From contig OZ024743.1 in the NCBI GenBank assembly GCA_964016885.1, forward strand, positions 292,516,001-292,580,000: a stretch of 64,000 nucleotides of DNA, written 5' to 3'. Positions within the stretch are counted from its first letter, which is position 1. The number at the start of each line of letters is the position of its first letter. This stretch comes from Eledone cirrhosa (taxonomy: Eukaryota). The notes beneath the pieces are model-generated. The model was not told where the DNA came from and did no database searches. It saw only the letters and a list, made by a program, of their open reading frames with translations. The position numbers and the translations under genes are program-made. This document shows positions 1 through 14,290 of the stretch, in pieces.

Positions 1-111
1 CTCCCTCAGAACGCGTAGGGATACATCCTCTTCTACTGGCGCTGATTGGCTGAGCTGAGCCAAATCACGCACAGAGAATGTATGTGAGCCCGCGGAATGT
101 AGGTCACTACA
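1..111 (-). repeat. LTR (partial, truncated by window edge) of a non-coding LTR element
   Basis: 1-111 is identical to 2010-2120. On the minus strand it begins TGTAGTGACC and is preceded by a short purine-rich tract (rc of 112-120, CGGAGGTGA). Confidence 0.7.
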
Positions 112-2120
112 TCACCTCCGAGCAGATTTTTAGGCGAAAATTGTTAACGATGAAGTCGAGAACCCAGATTATTGAATCAGCAAGAACAAATGCTGAAAGA
201 GCACATCACTGAAAAAATAATTGAGCAGAAAGATGCATGCAAGAAAAAAAATGAGGCGCGACGGGCCGTGTTGAGCCGCTGTCAAATGACTAGCTGTTTT
301 GTAGTTTATACGTGACCACCAAAGGTCTACCAGAAAACAGATAAAGTCTGACATGGGCGAAGTTGCTGTTCTTGCATTAAATGTTAATGGTAAGTGTTGT
401 ACCAGTAGCTGTGGACGAAGCTATTATGGTAGTTTACCAGTGCTGGCAAGAAGATGATGGGTAGGCGAGAAAATGTTGGCCTCCCAGATGTATTGCCGAA
501 TGTGCTAGGGAGCCAGCAAAAAATGGCTGGTTGCTATGATAAGAAAAAAAAAGCAAGTTGAATCTGTAGGTGGGTTGCAGTTCTATGTAATACAGCAAAG
601 AAAATGTGTGCGTGCGGTCACATATATAATGATAGAGAGAAATGAATTTTCATATAATACAGTTTAAAAAAAATAAATGTCCAAAATAAATGCCTGAAAA
701 AAAAGGAAGAAAGAAAGAATTGTTTCTTTTCCTTTAACAAAAAGTTCGCTTCTTTTTTCTTTGCGATCGCTCTTATTAGGAAGCTAGTAGAGTTGTTGTT
801 GTTAAAGCAAAGTCACAATGAATATTCTGTAGAGTAGAAGTCGAGCGTTGAAGAAACCAGAGTCACCAAATATGGCAGCCACGTCTGACACCATAATGGT
901 GAGAAAACTAATGTCTTAATTTCTCGAGTCCTTGTGGTAACGAGACAGAAGGTATGGTGGTTGCATCGGTAAAGTTACAAGCCGTTTCCTGGTGTTGGTT
1001 AATAGTTAGCCATGTGTTGCTGCTGATGGGTGGTATTTGGTGGTAGCCGTTTTGAAATTTCCTCGTGGCGTAAAGTTTTTGAAATACTGCTAATTTTTTT
1101 TCGGAAAATATTCTAAAGAAAATTTGAAAATATTCTAAAGAAAAAAAATTATTTTCCATGATGGCCGATCGAAAAATGTGTTCGTGATGAAGAAACCGTC
1201 ATGTGGCACGATGCAGCCAATCAGACGGCTGGGATTGGAGAAGACAAGCTGTACGCGGGAACACAAAATTTCTGAGTCTCCATTTGTAATTTCAACAGAA
1301 CGCCGAAAGCAAAATTCCACATAGAGAGAAATCGGTTTTTTTAATTTTTTTTTTTTTTTTCATCAAACTCTTTCTTTTCTGTTGTATTTTTGTGTTCGTC
1401 TGTATGCGTGAGTTACTATTAGTACCATGAAAGTTATGACAGAAATATTGTGCAGGCCGCGTGCTTCAACAAATGGAATATTATGAATGTTATGGACTTA
1501 CGCGAAGTGAGCCTAGCTACCTGATTTGAACATTCCAAATGTTAAGCCACTCCACATAGCCATTAAAACGAATGGCGAATTCAAATAGGCTGCGTTTTCA
1601 TACTTAATCGTCGAGGGGCGCCAATTAAGGAAAATAATGTTTCTCTTTGTTAAATATAAGTCGTCAATTTAGCGGAGAAGTATTTAGAGAGTTGTAATGT
1701 TACCACGAGGAACCAGGTTTGGTAGAAAGATATGATAGGATTATCGACAACGACTTTAGCTTGTTTTTACATTATTTATTAACCAAGGTTAAGAAGTGAA
1801 TTAGGCTGGCATGCCAAGAGAAATGAAACAAATCAATTAAGATTACAAGAGAAAATACGGGCGACTGGCTGAAGGCGTTTGGCCAGGCTCGTAGGTAATG
1901 TTTTGTCGTTACATATTGTTTGTGCTTACGGAGCAAAAGAACAAGCGTGTTTTACCTTAGCATGGTCCAGCTGCGAGTCATAGCGTCCTCAAATCTTTGC
2001 GGGCTATTTCTCCCTCAGAACGCGTAGGGATACATCCTCTTCTACTGGCGCTGATTGGCTGAGCTGAGCCAAATCACGCACAGAGAATGTATGTGAGCCC
2101 GCGGAATGTAGGTCACTACA
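1..2120 (-). mobile_element. Non-autonomous LTR retroelement (TRIM/LARD-like), internal region without recognisable ORF
   Basis: Direct repeats 1-111 and 2010-2120 end in ...TACA. A PBS-like TGGCGCCC occurs on the minus strand at ~1616-1623, implying a 5' LTR of ~1625-2120. No ORF above 83 aa lies in 112-1620. Confidence 0.6.
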
Positions 2121-3130
2121 CATGAAAACAACGTTATGTAACAACACTCGCAGACAAGGCTTGGCAGCTGCGCGAAAATAACCAACAATTTAACCTAAAA
2201 TGGGATATCATAACTTAGCACCTGCATGTCCCAAGGACAGGAATTTTGTAAATTGTGTAATATGGAAATATTTTGTATTTTGAAATCCAAACATATTTTA
2301 TTAAATAACAGAATAGAGCGATCGTTATACTGTAACCATCGCTTGAAATCTACATTTTCATATTACAAACGCTACCAGGATTGAACGCCTGTCTCCATCT
2401 CCGTTTGATTGTCAAAATACATATTAACATTCTCTATTAGTCTTAATTCTATCAACTCTTTTACTCTTTAGCATTTAATATAAATTGCTATAAATAAAAT
2501 GAGATTTCTTAATTCAATTCCCTAATGCATATACCAGCAGGCTACCAGCATTGTTGTTATACAGTAGCAGTGAAAATATCTCTACTCCTTACTTGACACT
2601 TTATTACTGTATTAATACTACTACACCAAACGTCCTTTGTTCAATTGGTCAAATATAGATTAAAATAGGCAATCTCAAAAATTCTTATTTAGATAAAATA
2701 AGCCATACACTCATTGTATTCTCATTAAAAACCTTCTATATACTTGTTTACCAGCAAATTGAATTACATTCTGTCATATACTATCCTTTCTCTTCTTCCT
2801 TTCTTACAACTAATATAAATACTTTGATTTTTCTGATTTTTCCAATTTATCCAATATCTCTGAAGAAGTGACAACTGATTATACATTTACTATCGAATAC
2901 TTGCTAACATTATATTATTACGCAGGCAGCGATACATAGGTATTCCGTCTGTTACAGAAACATATGTCAATACCAAATAAATTCCTTTATAAATGCACTT
3001 TCATTTTATATTCATTTTTTCTACATTTTCTCCAGAATATAATTTATACTCGTTGAGCAAACCTACGCGTACGCTGTTCATCTTTAACGTGACGATATAT
3101 TATCACTACATTATTGATAACTTGAAATTG

Positions 3131-3213
<83 letters not shown>

Positions 3214-3238
3214 GTATGTATGTATATATATATGTATT

Positions 3239-3403
3239 TAATTATGTCTCATATATAATAATACCACTGGCTATCCGCAAAATACGTATAGTTAGCACCC
3301 CAAAACTATAATTGGGATTATACTAAGGTATATCCTAATTTTTGTTGAGTGAGACAGAAGACGGTCAGAGTATTGCTTAAAGCTTTCTCTGTTAATGTAT
3401 TAA
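3239..3403. repeat. ~165-bp interspersed repeat embedded in (TA)n; second copy inverted at ~36353-36522
   Basis: Near-identical reverse-complement match (TATGTCTCATATA...GCTTAAAGCTTTCTCTGTTAATGTATTAA); both copies abut (TA)n. Confidence 0.8.
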
Positions 3404-3428
3404 ATATATATATATATATATATATATG

Positions 3429-3532
<104 letters not shown>

Positions 3533-4178
3533 TTATATATATGTGTGTGTGCCTGAGGTTTATATTGAATATTATACGAATTATTAATGTAAACATATAT
3601 TTTACAGATTTGCACGAATTTTAGAAGTGGCAAGTTTCATCAATAGTCTTTAGCAACCAACGAGGATCAGCCCGACGGCCGTTTTCTGGTTTCTGGGACT
3701 AATATAAGCTATAAGCATATAATATTTATGCTTGTGAACATCGACTAATGAAGCTCATTCGCATACAGAGCTGGTGGGCTCTAATTATGAGGGGTAGCTT
3801 TGAAATACCATGATTGATACTTGGCTGGAATAGTATGATTGATACATAGATAGATGTGCGAGTTTATATGTGCAAATACACATTTAAACTGTAGTTACAC
3901 ACTCACACATAACACACACACTCGCTCACACACACGCCGACACACAATCTATGTTCTCTAATACCCTCTTCTAATAATTATACACCTTAATTTTATTATA
4001 TACATTTTATCATATTTCCTCTAGCATGAAGAACCCGAAATAATTATCAGCTGAAACCGGTACGATAAATTACTTTTTTTAAAAAGGTATTGTGTTATTC
4101 TAAGAGAAAATCCTATTAGCATTTCTACTTTTTTACTTATTTTCGTGTGTCACTTCTCAACATTCTAAATATAAATAA

Positions 4179-4241
<63 letters not shown>

Positions 4242-4814
4242 AACACACACGCACCCATTGTGCCAATCCTAGAAAATTGATATCAAATATAAGTATTGTA
4301 CTTAATTATTAAAATAGATATACTGCAAAATCAAATAAGACCATGCGAAAGACTGTTTTATTCGAAATTCTGTATGGGTTCGAGTCAACCCGAAGTTGAC
4401 ATGTTGAGCTTTTATAATCACGCCATATTACTGGTTCATATCTGATCTTTGCTTAATCAAGACATAGATATACCATTTTGTATAGGATACTCGCCTGTAC
4501 ACTAAATTAAATAAACCGCAAGATAAAATATACCGGTGCATATTCGTCTCTTGTGCCTGTTGAAAATGTAAATTGCTCCCTTTCATATATTTATATACAT
4601 TATGGAGCATAGGACTAGAGGCACATAATCACACTTTCAGAAAATCACCCTGACGGTAATATTTCTGCTTGTATACCTATATATAAATGGTGTCCCTTAA
4701 AAACGTATATATATTTTGATTACTTGTACAGGCAATAACATTAGAATGCTGTTGAATGTTGAAGTGTGTATGCATTTTGGTGGGACACCATCTCTATCTC
4801 TCTCTGTATATATG

Positions 4815-4868
<54 letters not shown>

Positions 4869-5463
4869 GGAGAAAGAAAGAAAGAATAAGAGAGAAAATC
4901 GAAAGTGGGGAAATGAGTAATAAGAAGACAAACATTGAGGGGAAGATACTGATAAATAACATTTGTAGATAATTAAGCGGATATGAAGCATTGATAAAGA
5001 AACACTCCAATGTTAATTGCTAATAGAAAAGTAGATGATAAATAAACTGGACTGTACACAAAACCTACATTAAAATAATTACTTCTTGCTTTAAACATGA
5101 AGCTTGATGCAACACGTCATTCAGAGTAACATGGCAGGTTTCTCGCTAGTGTGCGTGCAACATGCAACGATACTACACTATACTTTTCTGTACTCTTAAC
5201 CTTTGTATAATAACTGAACATTAAATTGACAAGTATTCCGATTTCAGATATATTTTGTTGGTTAATAAAGAGAGTAGTATGTTTTATCATATTGGTAATC
5301 GGCCTTAGTCTGTATATAGAAAACTTTAACTGACATCACCTCTGTACAAACACACTTCTATCCGGGCGTCAGTATATACACACGCATACGCGCACACATA
5401 CATAAACGGACACAAACACAAACACACGCACATATATATATATATATATGAATATATATATGA

Positions 5464-5625
<162 letters not shown>

Positions 5626-6199
5626 TACATATGTATATACACATATATACATATATATGACTGTGTGTATATATATATATGTATGCATCAATGTATGTAT
5701 ATATGTATGTATGAATGTAAGTTTGTAAGTATGTGTGTACGTGGACAACGTTACACATTGATATTATTATTTGGATTGGCAGAATCGTTAGACCGTCGAA
5801 CAAATTGCTTTGCTGTATTTGTTCCCTCAATTCCGAGGTGGATACAATAAAGTACTAGACAAATCAAGTGTCTATCCTCTCCACCTCTCACTATACTTCT
5901 TTATTTCTTGTTTTATTCATTGAACTACCGCTATATTGGTGCATCACCATCAAAGGTTTATTCTTTCATGTCTTCCCCAGTGCTTAATTTTAAAGGTTGG
6001 TTTATATTCCATCTATCTCTAATTGTACAAATACTAAGCTATTGGATACAAATAGAGAGCAACGATTTTCAAGCAAAAAAAATCAGAAACACACACATAT
6101 AAACGCAAATGGCTGACTGAATGCACACATGCTTTTTCTCAAGAAATTTGTTTCCCTTCTTTCCCTTTCTCATTCTCTATCATTTTACTTCAACTTCTT

Positions 6200-6325
6200 A
6201 TTTCACATTCTATCTTTTGATGAAAGACTAATGTCCGAAACATTACGCCTCTTTCCCTACTGTAACAAACGTTAAACTAATATATTTCTCCATTGTACCG
6301 TGTAGTTTCCGTTTAGTTTGTAGCA
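6200..6325 (+). mobile_element. Degenerate Penelope-like pLTR fragment with decayed minimal HHR
   Basis: TTGATGAAAGACTAATGTCCGAAACATT aligns with the minus-strand copy at 41580-41710 (CTGATGAAGGATTAGTGTCCAAAACGTT), with a shared downstream CGTTAAACTAATATATTT. Confidence 0.55.
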
Positions 6326-6336
6326 TATATATATGC

Positions 6337-6465
6337 TAAAATATATAAATTGATGTATGACATACCTCAACTGTGCTGATGGTTCAATTCCAGTTTTGGC
6401 AGTCAAGACTGGAATTGAACCATCAGCACAGTTAAGGTATGTCATACATCAATTTATATATTTTA
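6337..6465. repeat. Fold-back inverted repeat (~60-bp arms) immediately 5' of an HHR
   Basis: TAAAATATATAAATTGATGTATGACATACC...GGTATGTCATACATCAATTTATATATTTTA is a near-perfect palindrome. Confidence 0.9.
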
Positions 6466-6527
6466 TCTGATGAGGACGTACTGAGGAAACAGCACAGTAC
6501 CTCCGAAATATATATAATAAAATATAT
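6456..6527 (+). ncRNA. Type I hammerhead ribozyme
   Basis: Stem I ATATATTTTAT/ATAAAATATAT (11 bp); CTGATGA 6467-6473; stem II GGA(C)GTACTG...CAGTAC(C)TCC; GAAA 6505-6508; short palindromic stem III TATATA; cleavage after TA at 6516. Confidence 0.85.
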
Positions 6528-6565
6528 TTGATTACATGAATGTCTATATTTATTAATATTTTGAA

Positions 6566-6603
<38 letters not shown>

Positions 6604-7159
6604 TACATATAGATAGATAGATAGATGGATAGTTGGATAGATGGATAGATAGAGAGAGTGTGTGAGAGAGAGAGAGAGAGAGGGGAGAGAGAGAGTGGGG
6701 GGAGGCTCAAGCAATAATCATCTGATAAGACTTGTTAATCAGGCAAAACCAACAATCACTAATATGGATCTTGAGCCACCATCTGAGAAACAGGTCTTGT
6801 AACATGGTCTAACCAAATAAAGCCTAAATGTGAAACCTCCTTTCGTTCTTAATATATACACTCTGCTATAGCATTGAGTGCTAATATTGGTACCACCTTT
6901 CGACTGAATCAATTATATATGCAAAAGCCAAACAGAAATAACAAAGCAAACGACATACGCACGCACACGAGCACACACATACATATATATATGGGGGGGG
7001 GGGGGAGATAGGGAGAGTGAGAGAAATGACATCTACATGACTAGAACTGTTTCATTCACATAAAGACATCTGGACATTGCTGGTGATTTCATACGAATGA
7101 AACAATTCTAATTTTGTAGAAGTTATTTATATGTATATATAATAATTGTTTCTACTTTT

Positions 7160-7460
7160 TGGCACAAGGCCAGCAATAACCCAGTTCATTACTGGTACTT
7201 TATTTTATCGACCCCCTAAGGATTAAAGACAAAGTTAACCTCGGCGGGATTCGAACTCAGAATGGCAAGGGCCGTAACTCTATGCGTCAAAGCATAGCGT
7301 CCGACCCTCTACTGATACTGCCAATCCACCATAATATTTGTTTCTACTTTAGGCACAAGGCCAGCAATTACCCAGTGCATTACTGGTACTTTATTTTATC
7401 GACTCCGTAAGGATGGAAGGCAAAGTTAACCTCGGCGGGATTTGAACTCAGATCGTAAAA
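7160..7460 (-). mobile_element. Two adjacent tRNA-derived SINE copies (the second partial)
   Basis: Reverse complement shows a B-box (GAGTTCGAATCCCGCCGAGG) and the core GCCTT(T/C)CATCCTT...GTCGATAAAATAAAGTACCAG shared with 13675-13850. Confidence 0.8.
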
Positions 7461-7569
7461 TGATGCCTATACTCTACCAATGTATTGAGTACATTTTTTA
7501 ATTGTGGTTAAGTTCCCCCATCACCAGAGACACAACTCAGGAATCTACAAATTATATATTGTTAGACCG

Positions 7570-7830
7570 TCAAATGATATGCCTTGCGAAATTTGTTCTA
7601 GCTTTCTATGGTTAAATATAAATCAAACTAAAGTGTACAGGGCAGATTCTCCCAGGTTTCATAAGCTTTGAGTGCTTTTTATTGAGGCCACTCTATTGCA
7701 AGCATTCGGGCTAGATCTCTGGCTTCAGAATTTCTTCTTCATTGCTTCTCAACAGACTCCGGTTTTCTGGAAAAGATCATGGTTGTCTCCTTTCCTTCCC
7801 TGAATAATCAGTAAAACAATCCCTTTTCTC
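7570..7830 (-). pseudogene. Highly degenerate possible Penelope GIY-YIG C-terminal fragment
   Basis: Frameshifted minus-strand translation gives IEW..K...AY/KPGRIC-like remnants; weak similarity only. Confidence 0.3.
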
Positions 7831-8329
7831 TGTAAGTATATCATTTTGGGTGTGTTTGAGTGTATGTGTGTGTCTGTATGTTTACATGTATGTATGTAGG
7901 TAAGGATGGATGGAAGGATGGATCGATCGATATATGTATATGTGTATATGAGTGTATATATATATATATATGTTTGTAAAGTGAGAAAAGACTGTACACA
8001 GAGCCAATACCACTCTCTGACTGACAGTAACTATAACCCGCAAAGAAGAAAAGATCAATATCATCGCTAACTACTGAGCCGCAGGTTTTATGACGGAGTT
8101 ATCCCAGTTTCTTGAGTTGCCTTCTCCTAGAAGAATGCCCGGACAAAGGATAGAGGTCCTTTACTCCCAGTGGTTTAACTACGGGATCGAGTATCCAGCC
8201 CGATTATGTCTATGTCCCCGCCCATATATATATATATGCATACATGCATATGCATACATACATACATGTACATACATGCGCATGTACATACATGCGCATG
8301 TACATACATATTTACACATCTTTTTGGAT

Positions 8330-8450
8330 GGCCGTTGACTCATGAGTTCTTTGTCAGGTTTTGTTTTTTGTCCTGCAGAGTGTCCAAAGTCACCCTCCTC
8401 ACCAAGTAAACTTGGTGGGTTGCAGATTTAGTCTCCGACGACCCGACCAT
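8330..8450 (-). mobile_element. Interspersed repeat (likely SINE or non-autonomous LINE derivative); second copy at ~31935-32075
   Basis: Reverse-complement similarity to CATGGTCGGATCGTCGGTGACTAAAC...CCACCAAGTTTCCTTGGTGAGG...AAACAAAACCTGACAAAG. Confidence 0.65.
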
Positions 8451-8799
8451 GGCCTCAGCCAGATGGCTGGAACAGGTGAAATAGTAAAAGAGTATATATA
8501 TATAGGTTTGTAAAAGGTAAACAGAAATAACAACACAATTGGTACAGTATACGGAAGGGATATTTTAGGTTAACGCTTGATATAGCAGAGGAAGAGGGTC
8601 TATACATATATATATATATACAACGTTGATAAATTTGCTAAGTTTCGACCCAGGCCATGCCTAACTTAATAGCACCACCTGGCGAAATCCTTCAAATGTC
8701 CTTTAGATACTATGGCTCACTCGAATAGAATGTTACTGTTTTCGCAGACTGGGACAGAATGTGTTCAAGTGACGCCTAACATAGTGTCAGATATAGTGT

Positions 8800-9060
8800 G
8801 TTAGGAATTAACGTCACTGATACACACCAGATCAGCCATACGGAATTCCTGAAAACAGTAGTATTGTTTCAGCCGTATCTCACCCATGGTTTTATTATTG
8901 TCTTGGAGAGTGCCTTTTTAATCAATCAGATGGCCAACATTGGAGACAGTGACCTTCTGTTTTTTAGCAAATGAAACGAACTCTTTGGGTTTGAGTTTGA
9001 CTTTCTCAATGGCCCATTCCTCCTCAGCTGTTCATTGGATATTGGTGATGGTCTTCATGC
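8800..9060 (-). pseudogene. Degenerate CR1/L2-type LINE ORF2 fragment
   Basis: Minus-strand translation EEEWAIEKVK/NPKSFVSFAKKQKVTVSNVGHLID*KGTLQDNNKTMGEI matches the NPKxFxxY..IGPL linker between endonuclease and RT; contains a frameshift and a stop. Confidence 0.55.
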
Positions 9061-9720
9061 ATTGTTGGCGATTATATATATATTATTTTTTTTCCCGAGC
9101 AGTGCAATAGCAGTTGAATGTGTTTATTGCTATTGGCAATATTTTAATTTGTAGGTTTTTGTACTTTTTATTTTTCTGTGACTGAGGAAATTAGGATATT
9201 ACAAGATTTATAATTTCCTAACAATATTAATTTGAACTAAAAAAGTTAAAGTTTTAGAGGATATCTCCATCCCCAAACCTAACTACTTGCTAACGGGAAA
9301 TACTCAACAAATTCGACTGATTTTCAACCACCATAATTTGATTTGTATTCTTCCGTTATATCTTTTATTTCCCTTTTCTCTTTCCACACTAACATATATA
9401 CTAGTCTACTCTATAACTTAATAAATATTACATTTCACCTCCTAATACAATACTGCTGCTATAGTATACAACGACAAACACATGAATGATCTCAAATTGA
9501 ATATTTACATGTCATGAGTTATTTCCCTTTGTTGTAATACGTTTTTTGTAAACACGCGTTTTTAGGAAGCTTTACTTTTAACTGCATTTTATAAATTCGT
9601 ATAAGTGCCCAAAGAAAGGTCGCTAATTTAATATCTCTTGTATTCTAATTTCGGCCTTGATACTTTGGGTAGCGCTATTGTTTCGTGTATGAACATAGAT
9701 AAATAATATAATATAATAAA

Positions 9721-9830
<110 letters not shown>

Positions 9831-10335
9831 GGTGTGTAATTGCACACGTCCCCTTTTTACTGTGTCATGTTTTGGATAATATTTTGTAAATGTTCTTATT
9901 ATATACCTTATTTCCTTATCTACTATTGATACTTCACTCAACTTACACTTAACGATATTATAACTGTAATTTATTACTGGAACAGATAAAGTATTCCAAC
10001 CTATTATGTTTTTATGACACTCAGTTTATTTCTGAGTATTAGTTTAATGTGTATATTATGTTTCTTCCTAATATCTCTTTTTGTGTGTGTCAGTGTTTAC
10101 TCTATCTAGACCGTTAATTATTTGTATGTCCGTCTTTTCATAATTTTATTATCAAACATTATATTACTGATTGTGTTAAGGAGGGGGGTATATATAAATA
10201 GTTTTCATCTTTTCTAGGTAGACATAATATTTTTTCAAACCAAATATCATACAAATCTATCTCTTTTCAGAACTCTTGTTTGTAACATAACAATTACACT
10301 TTCTTGTGTTGTTTAGTATACAAAATTAGGGCAAC

Positions 10336-10397
<62 letters not shown>

Positions 10398-11199
10398 CAC
10401 TTGTACCGCAATCAAATATAATTTCACACAGAGAAATGAATAAAAAGAATACTGTTTGGATATTTCTTCCATTTAGGAAATGGTTTCCGTTTTATAGTCT
10501 GTATTTTATTGGGGGGGGGGGGGTCTGTGTTATATCCTTTAAAATAAAACAGATAACGAATTGGCAGAGTCTTTAGAGCATCGGTTTGTAGTAAGGGAAA
10601 TTTTCTATTTCTCTAGTCTTACATTTTTATTCCACACCGGCAAATCATTCAGGACTTGCTTGAGACTATTAAAAACGTTTTGAGTTCCCCGGATGGTAGA
10701 TTTAATTCATAATCCAATATAACATCGGGTTTTTAGAAAAGTTCACTCTTTTGCAAACGCATAAGCCAGGTCTCCGATGTGATCATAGCTTCCTTCCTTT
10801 CTTTCCCAAGTCTCGGAGGCCTTGAAATAGAGCAGGCACTGCTCTACTTTCCGTGACCAAATGATAAGACCCTTTATTTTTAGCCATTAAACTTGTTCTT
10901 CTGAGTCAGTTTATTTTATAAACAATATTTGCTCTTTTGACATTGTAATGTTATTGACCGAGCAAAGGTTTTTCTCACCACCTACTCATTATTATCTATT
11001 CAAGTGCTGTTATAATGTTATCTTCTATTTACTTAATCTTTTGTGTTCTTCGACTGATATGTTATTTTGTTCCTCCTTTACTCACTCTCCTTTCTTATAT
11101 TTATCCAACCTATTTATGATAAGAAATAGTCATTCTATGTTTATTGGTTTATTGTGACTTAACAGTGTGAGGTAATCTATTACTGCTATGTGGATAAAG

Positions 11200-11360
11200 G
11201 TATAGCTGATTGGACTAGAAGTTCGTTTCACTAACATGAAGTCCCGAGTTCAATCCTCGTGCATGAAATCTTAGGTAAGTATCTTTACCATGGCCACAAA
11301 TCGACCCAAGTCGTGTAAGGGAAACTGAATAGGCGAACGCTGTGTAGAAGCCCGTTGGAT
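11200..11360 (+). mobile_element. Degenerate tRNA-derived SINE
   Basis: A-box-like TAGCTGATTGG and B-box-like GAGTTCAATCC, ending in AGAAGCCCGT; similar to the inverted copy at 14155-14290. Confidence 0.5.
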
Positions 11361-12858
11361 ATATTATACCTGCAATTTAAAAAGTCCAGTTCTGTCACAT
11401 ATTTTGTCGTGCTGATTCCATTTGGAAATTTACTTAACTGTGCACGTGTCATTGGGGTACCCAGCCCCGTGCGCGTATATTCCCAAGATCAATGTTCAGT
11501 TAATCAAGCAAGTGAATGCCCATTGTTGAAACCAATGAAGGATCCATCATCATTCTTAACTTCTATAATTCCACGAATCCTCAACGAAGGTAAACATAAC
11601 TAACCGTGTCTGGTTAGAGGAGGAGATGACATTTGTTAAATGCAGTTCTTGTTTTGTCTTTTAAGTTCGTTCATCTTCCAAATTATTACATTAAAGTTGT
11701 TTATTTCAATAATTAGAATATCACCATCGGCACCATCTTCATAACTCTCGATCAATACCAGACAGATGCAAGGCGGTGCTTGTTGTTTCTATCCTGTACC
11801 ACTTTCATCTATGTAACGTCCATAAACTTATTTATCTTATATTTCTATCTTATCCTCTGACTTTTTTACTGCATAAACCTGTCTAACTTGGACACCATAC
11901 TGTACATCGATTTTTACATATATTGTCATTTGTCCAATGACTAAAAACATAAAATCAAAGCTTCGAACACAGAAATGTATGGAATCGGTAAAAAGGACAC
12001 AGAAACTTTTCAAATGAGAGGGGAGCAAACAAAATTATAAGACATCATAAAACCTAAAGTGGAAGTTGAGATTAAGATATACTTCATAACATTTACTCGT
12101 ATGGGTAATGTATGAAAGGTTATTACAATATTCTTAGAATTTAGTTTTGTTGTCAGCACTAATCAAATGCACTACCAATATTCTTTTTTGATTCTTTCTT
12201 ATATGTTATGGTGTTAGTTATTCCAAGATATTTGTTATCTTCCCTTCGCTATAATTGCTTCATTTCAATATATTTATATAGATGAACATTGTTCTATAGA
12301 CGTGCTTTGTTCCCTTAATGGTGGCCTTTATACATTATATATATTTCCATTGTGTTAAAATACTGCATCTTTTGTAATATATTGCATTCAAAATAGTAGT
12401 AGTATTCTGTGGTAGTTTTTGATGTTGTCATTATTATTTGAGAGGCATATCAAAAGTTTCCGTTCTTACATCACAAAGAAGTGGATACATCTTGTAAAAT
12501 ATTCTTACATTCATTAAAATATAACAAATGCTTTGTAATTATATTTAACCTCATTTATTTGTCCAAAGTATTGATATTTTCTAGAATGCGTCTATGTATA
12601 TGTTTTTCTTTTTAAATTTAAACGTTTAATATATTTGCAGAAATGCTTGTATCATATTCTAGATACATTAATTACAAAAGAGTTGGGCAGATTTCATATA
12701 TGCCATAGTGTCATTCATTCAGTATAAAACCTTAATTTCAAAACAGTATGATACCTTAAATTGTCATCTTGCATCTACACAATATTATAGAAACTGGTTC
12801 ATTACCCATTGTTTACATGGTTACGTTTATGGACGGCATGTATCTAAATGTGCATATA

Positions 12859-12908
<50 letters not shown>

Positions 12909-13674
12909 TACGTGTGTGTGTGTATATATATATATGTGTGTGTGTATGTGTGTGTGTGTATATATATATATATATGCTGACACAGATGGGGGACGGGAGA
13001 GACTGATAGATAGAGAAAGAAGGAGAAAAAGAGAGTGAATATCGTTGGCAATCAATGTTCTTGAAAAATGTTAGAATGAGTTTAAAAGATAGACAGATAG
13101 GTCGTACAGTCATTACCATATATATTCGGTAATTCTGGAATTATTAAAATACATTTGTCGCTTACATCATGAATAATTATGTCAAATTAATTTCGATAGT
13201 TCGCCATTGTCCATTTGTTAACTAAAATTTCAATGGATCTTTGCGTTAACTGTTTAGAGGTCTAGTGAGAGAACACTAGAAGGCTTTCCTTGAAACGTTG
13301 CAACTAGATAGCCAAACGAATAGCGATAGGTGATATAGCGTTGTTCACTCTCTTAGTATATACTGTTACGTTAGTTTGGGACATCTCTTTTCAAAATGAG
13401 GCACTGTTTCAGATCACGTGAGCGATATTTGTCATTTATATTATAGAAATTATACATATATTTGTCAATATGGCTAACAACAATTACCACCTCCCTGGTG
13501 CCAATTGTGGTAGCTTCTCCTGCTACATTGAGGACGGATTTGTTCAACCAAACTATATGTGGTCATACACTTATGATAGTGTATTATATAGTCATCAAAA
13601 GCTTTTGTTTTTGTAATTTTGACATTGCTAATCTACAAAATTTTGATTGTCGAAATATGAGCCCATTATCTTGT

Positions 13675-13855
13675 GGATTGGCAGTATCGGTAGAGGGACC
13701 GACGCCATGCTTTCCAGCATAGTTACGCCCCTTTACGATCTGAGTTCAAATCCCGCCGAGGTTGACTTTGCCTTTCATCCTTACGGGGTCGATAAAATAA
13801 AGTACCAGTAATGCACTGGGTAATTGCCGGCCTTGTGCCTAAAGTAGAAACAATT
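13675..13855 (+). mobile_element. tRNA-derived SINE
   Basis: A-box TGGCAGTATCGG, B-box GAGTTCAAATCC, core GACTTTGCCTTTCATCCTTACGGGGTCGATAAAATAAAGTACCAG. Confidence 0.85.
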
Positions 13856-13919
13856 ATTTTAAAGATAATTCTGTTGCTACAACGATGCTTGATTAACTCG
13901 ATTTACTGTATATTATTTT

Positions 13920-14048
13920 ACTGGTTTTGGTCACTAGACACCACTACTTACTTTTTCAAGTCTGATACTTATTGTATCGATCACTTGTTTTGTCGAACCA
14001 CTAAGTAACGGACATAAACACAAACACAGACAAAACGTAGACATGGAC

Positions 14049-14131
<83 letters not shown>

Positions 14132-14290
14132 CGTGTGTGTGTGTGTGTGCGTGTATACGACGGGCTTCTGCAATTTCCGTCGCAAGGATTGGGCAACTTG
14201 CGGCTATAATAGAGACACTTGCCCAAGGTAGCACGCAGCAGGACTAAAGCCAGGACTATGCAAACTATGCATAAAGCAAACACATTTAGC
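13920..14290 (-). mobile_element. SINE with internal (CA)n microsatellite
   Basis: Reverse complement contains CTGCGTGCTACCTTGGGCAAGTGTCTCTATTATAGCC...GAAGCCCGTCGTATA followed by (CA)n and a conserved 3' part. Confidence 0.65.

Noticed and set aside
3735-3820. CTAATGA-AGCT...AGCT-TTGAAA as a hammerhead
   Set aside because: The core is mutated and stems I and III are not convincing; counted only as a possible remnant.
7036-7115. Short inverted repeat with CTGGTGA...GAAA (related to 38940-38990)
   Set aside because: The core is mutated in both copies; it is probably a decayed HHR element, so it is not called as a ribozyme.
13675-13760. A-box/B-box sequences as tRNA genes
   Set aside because: No cloverleaf can be formed; they continue into SINE cores.
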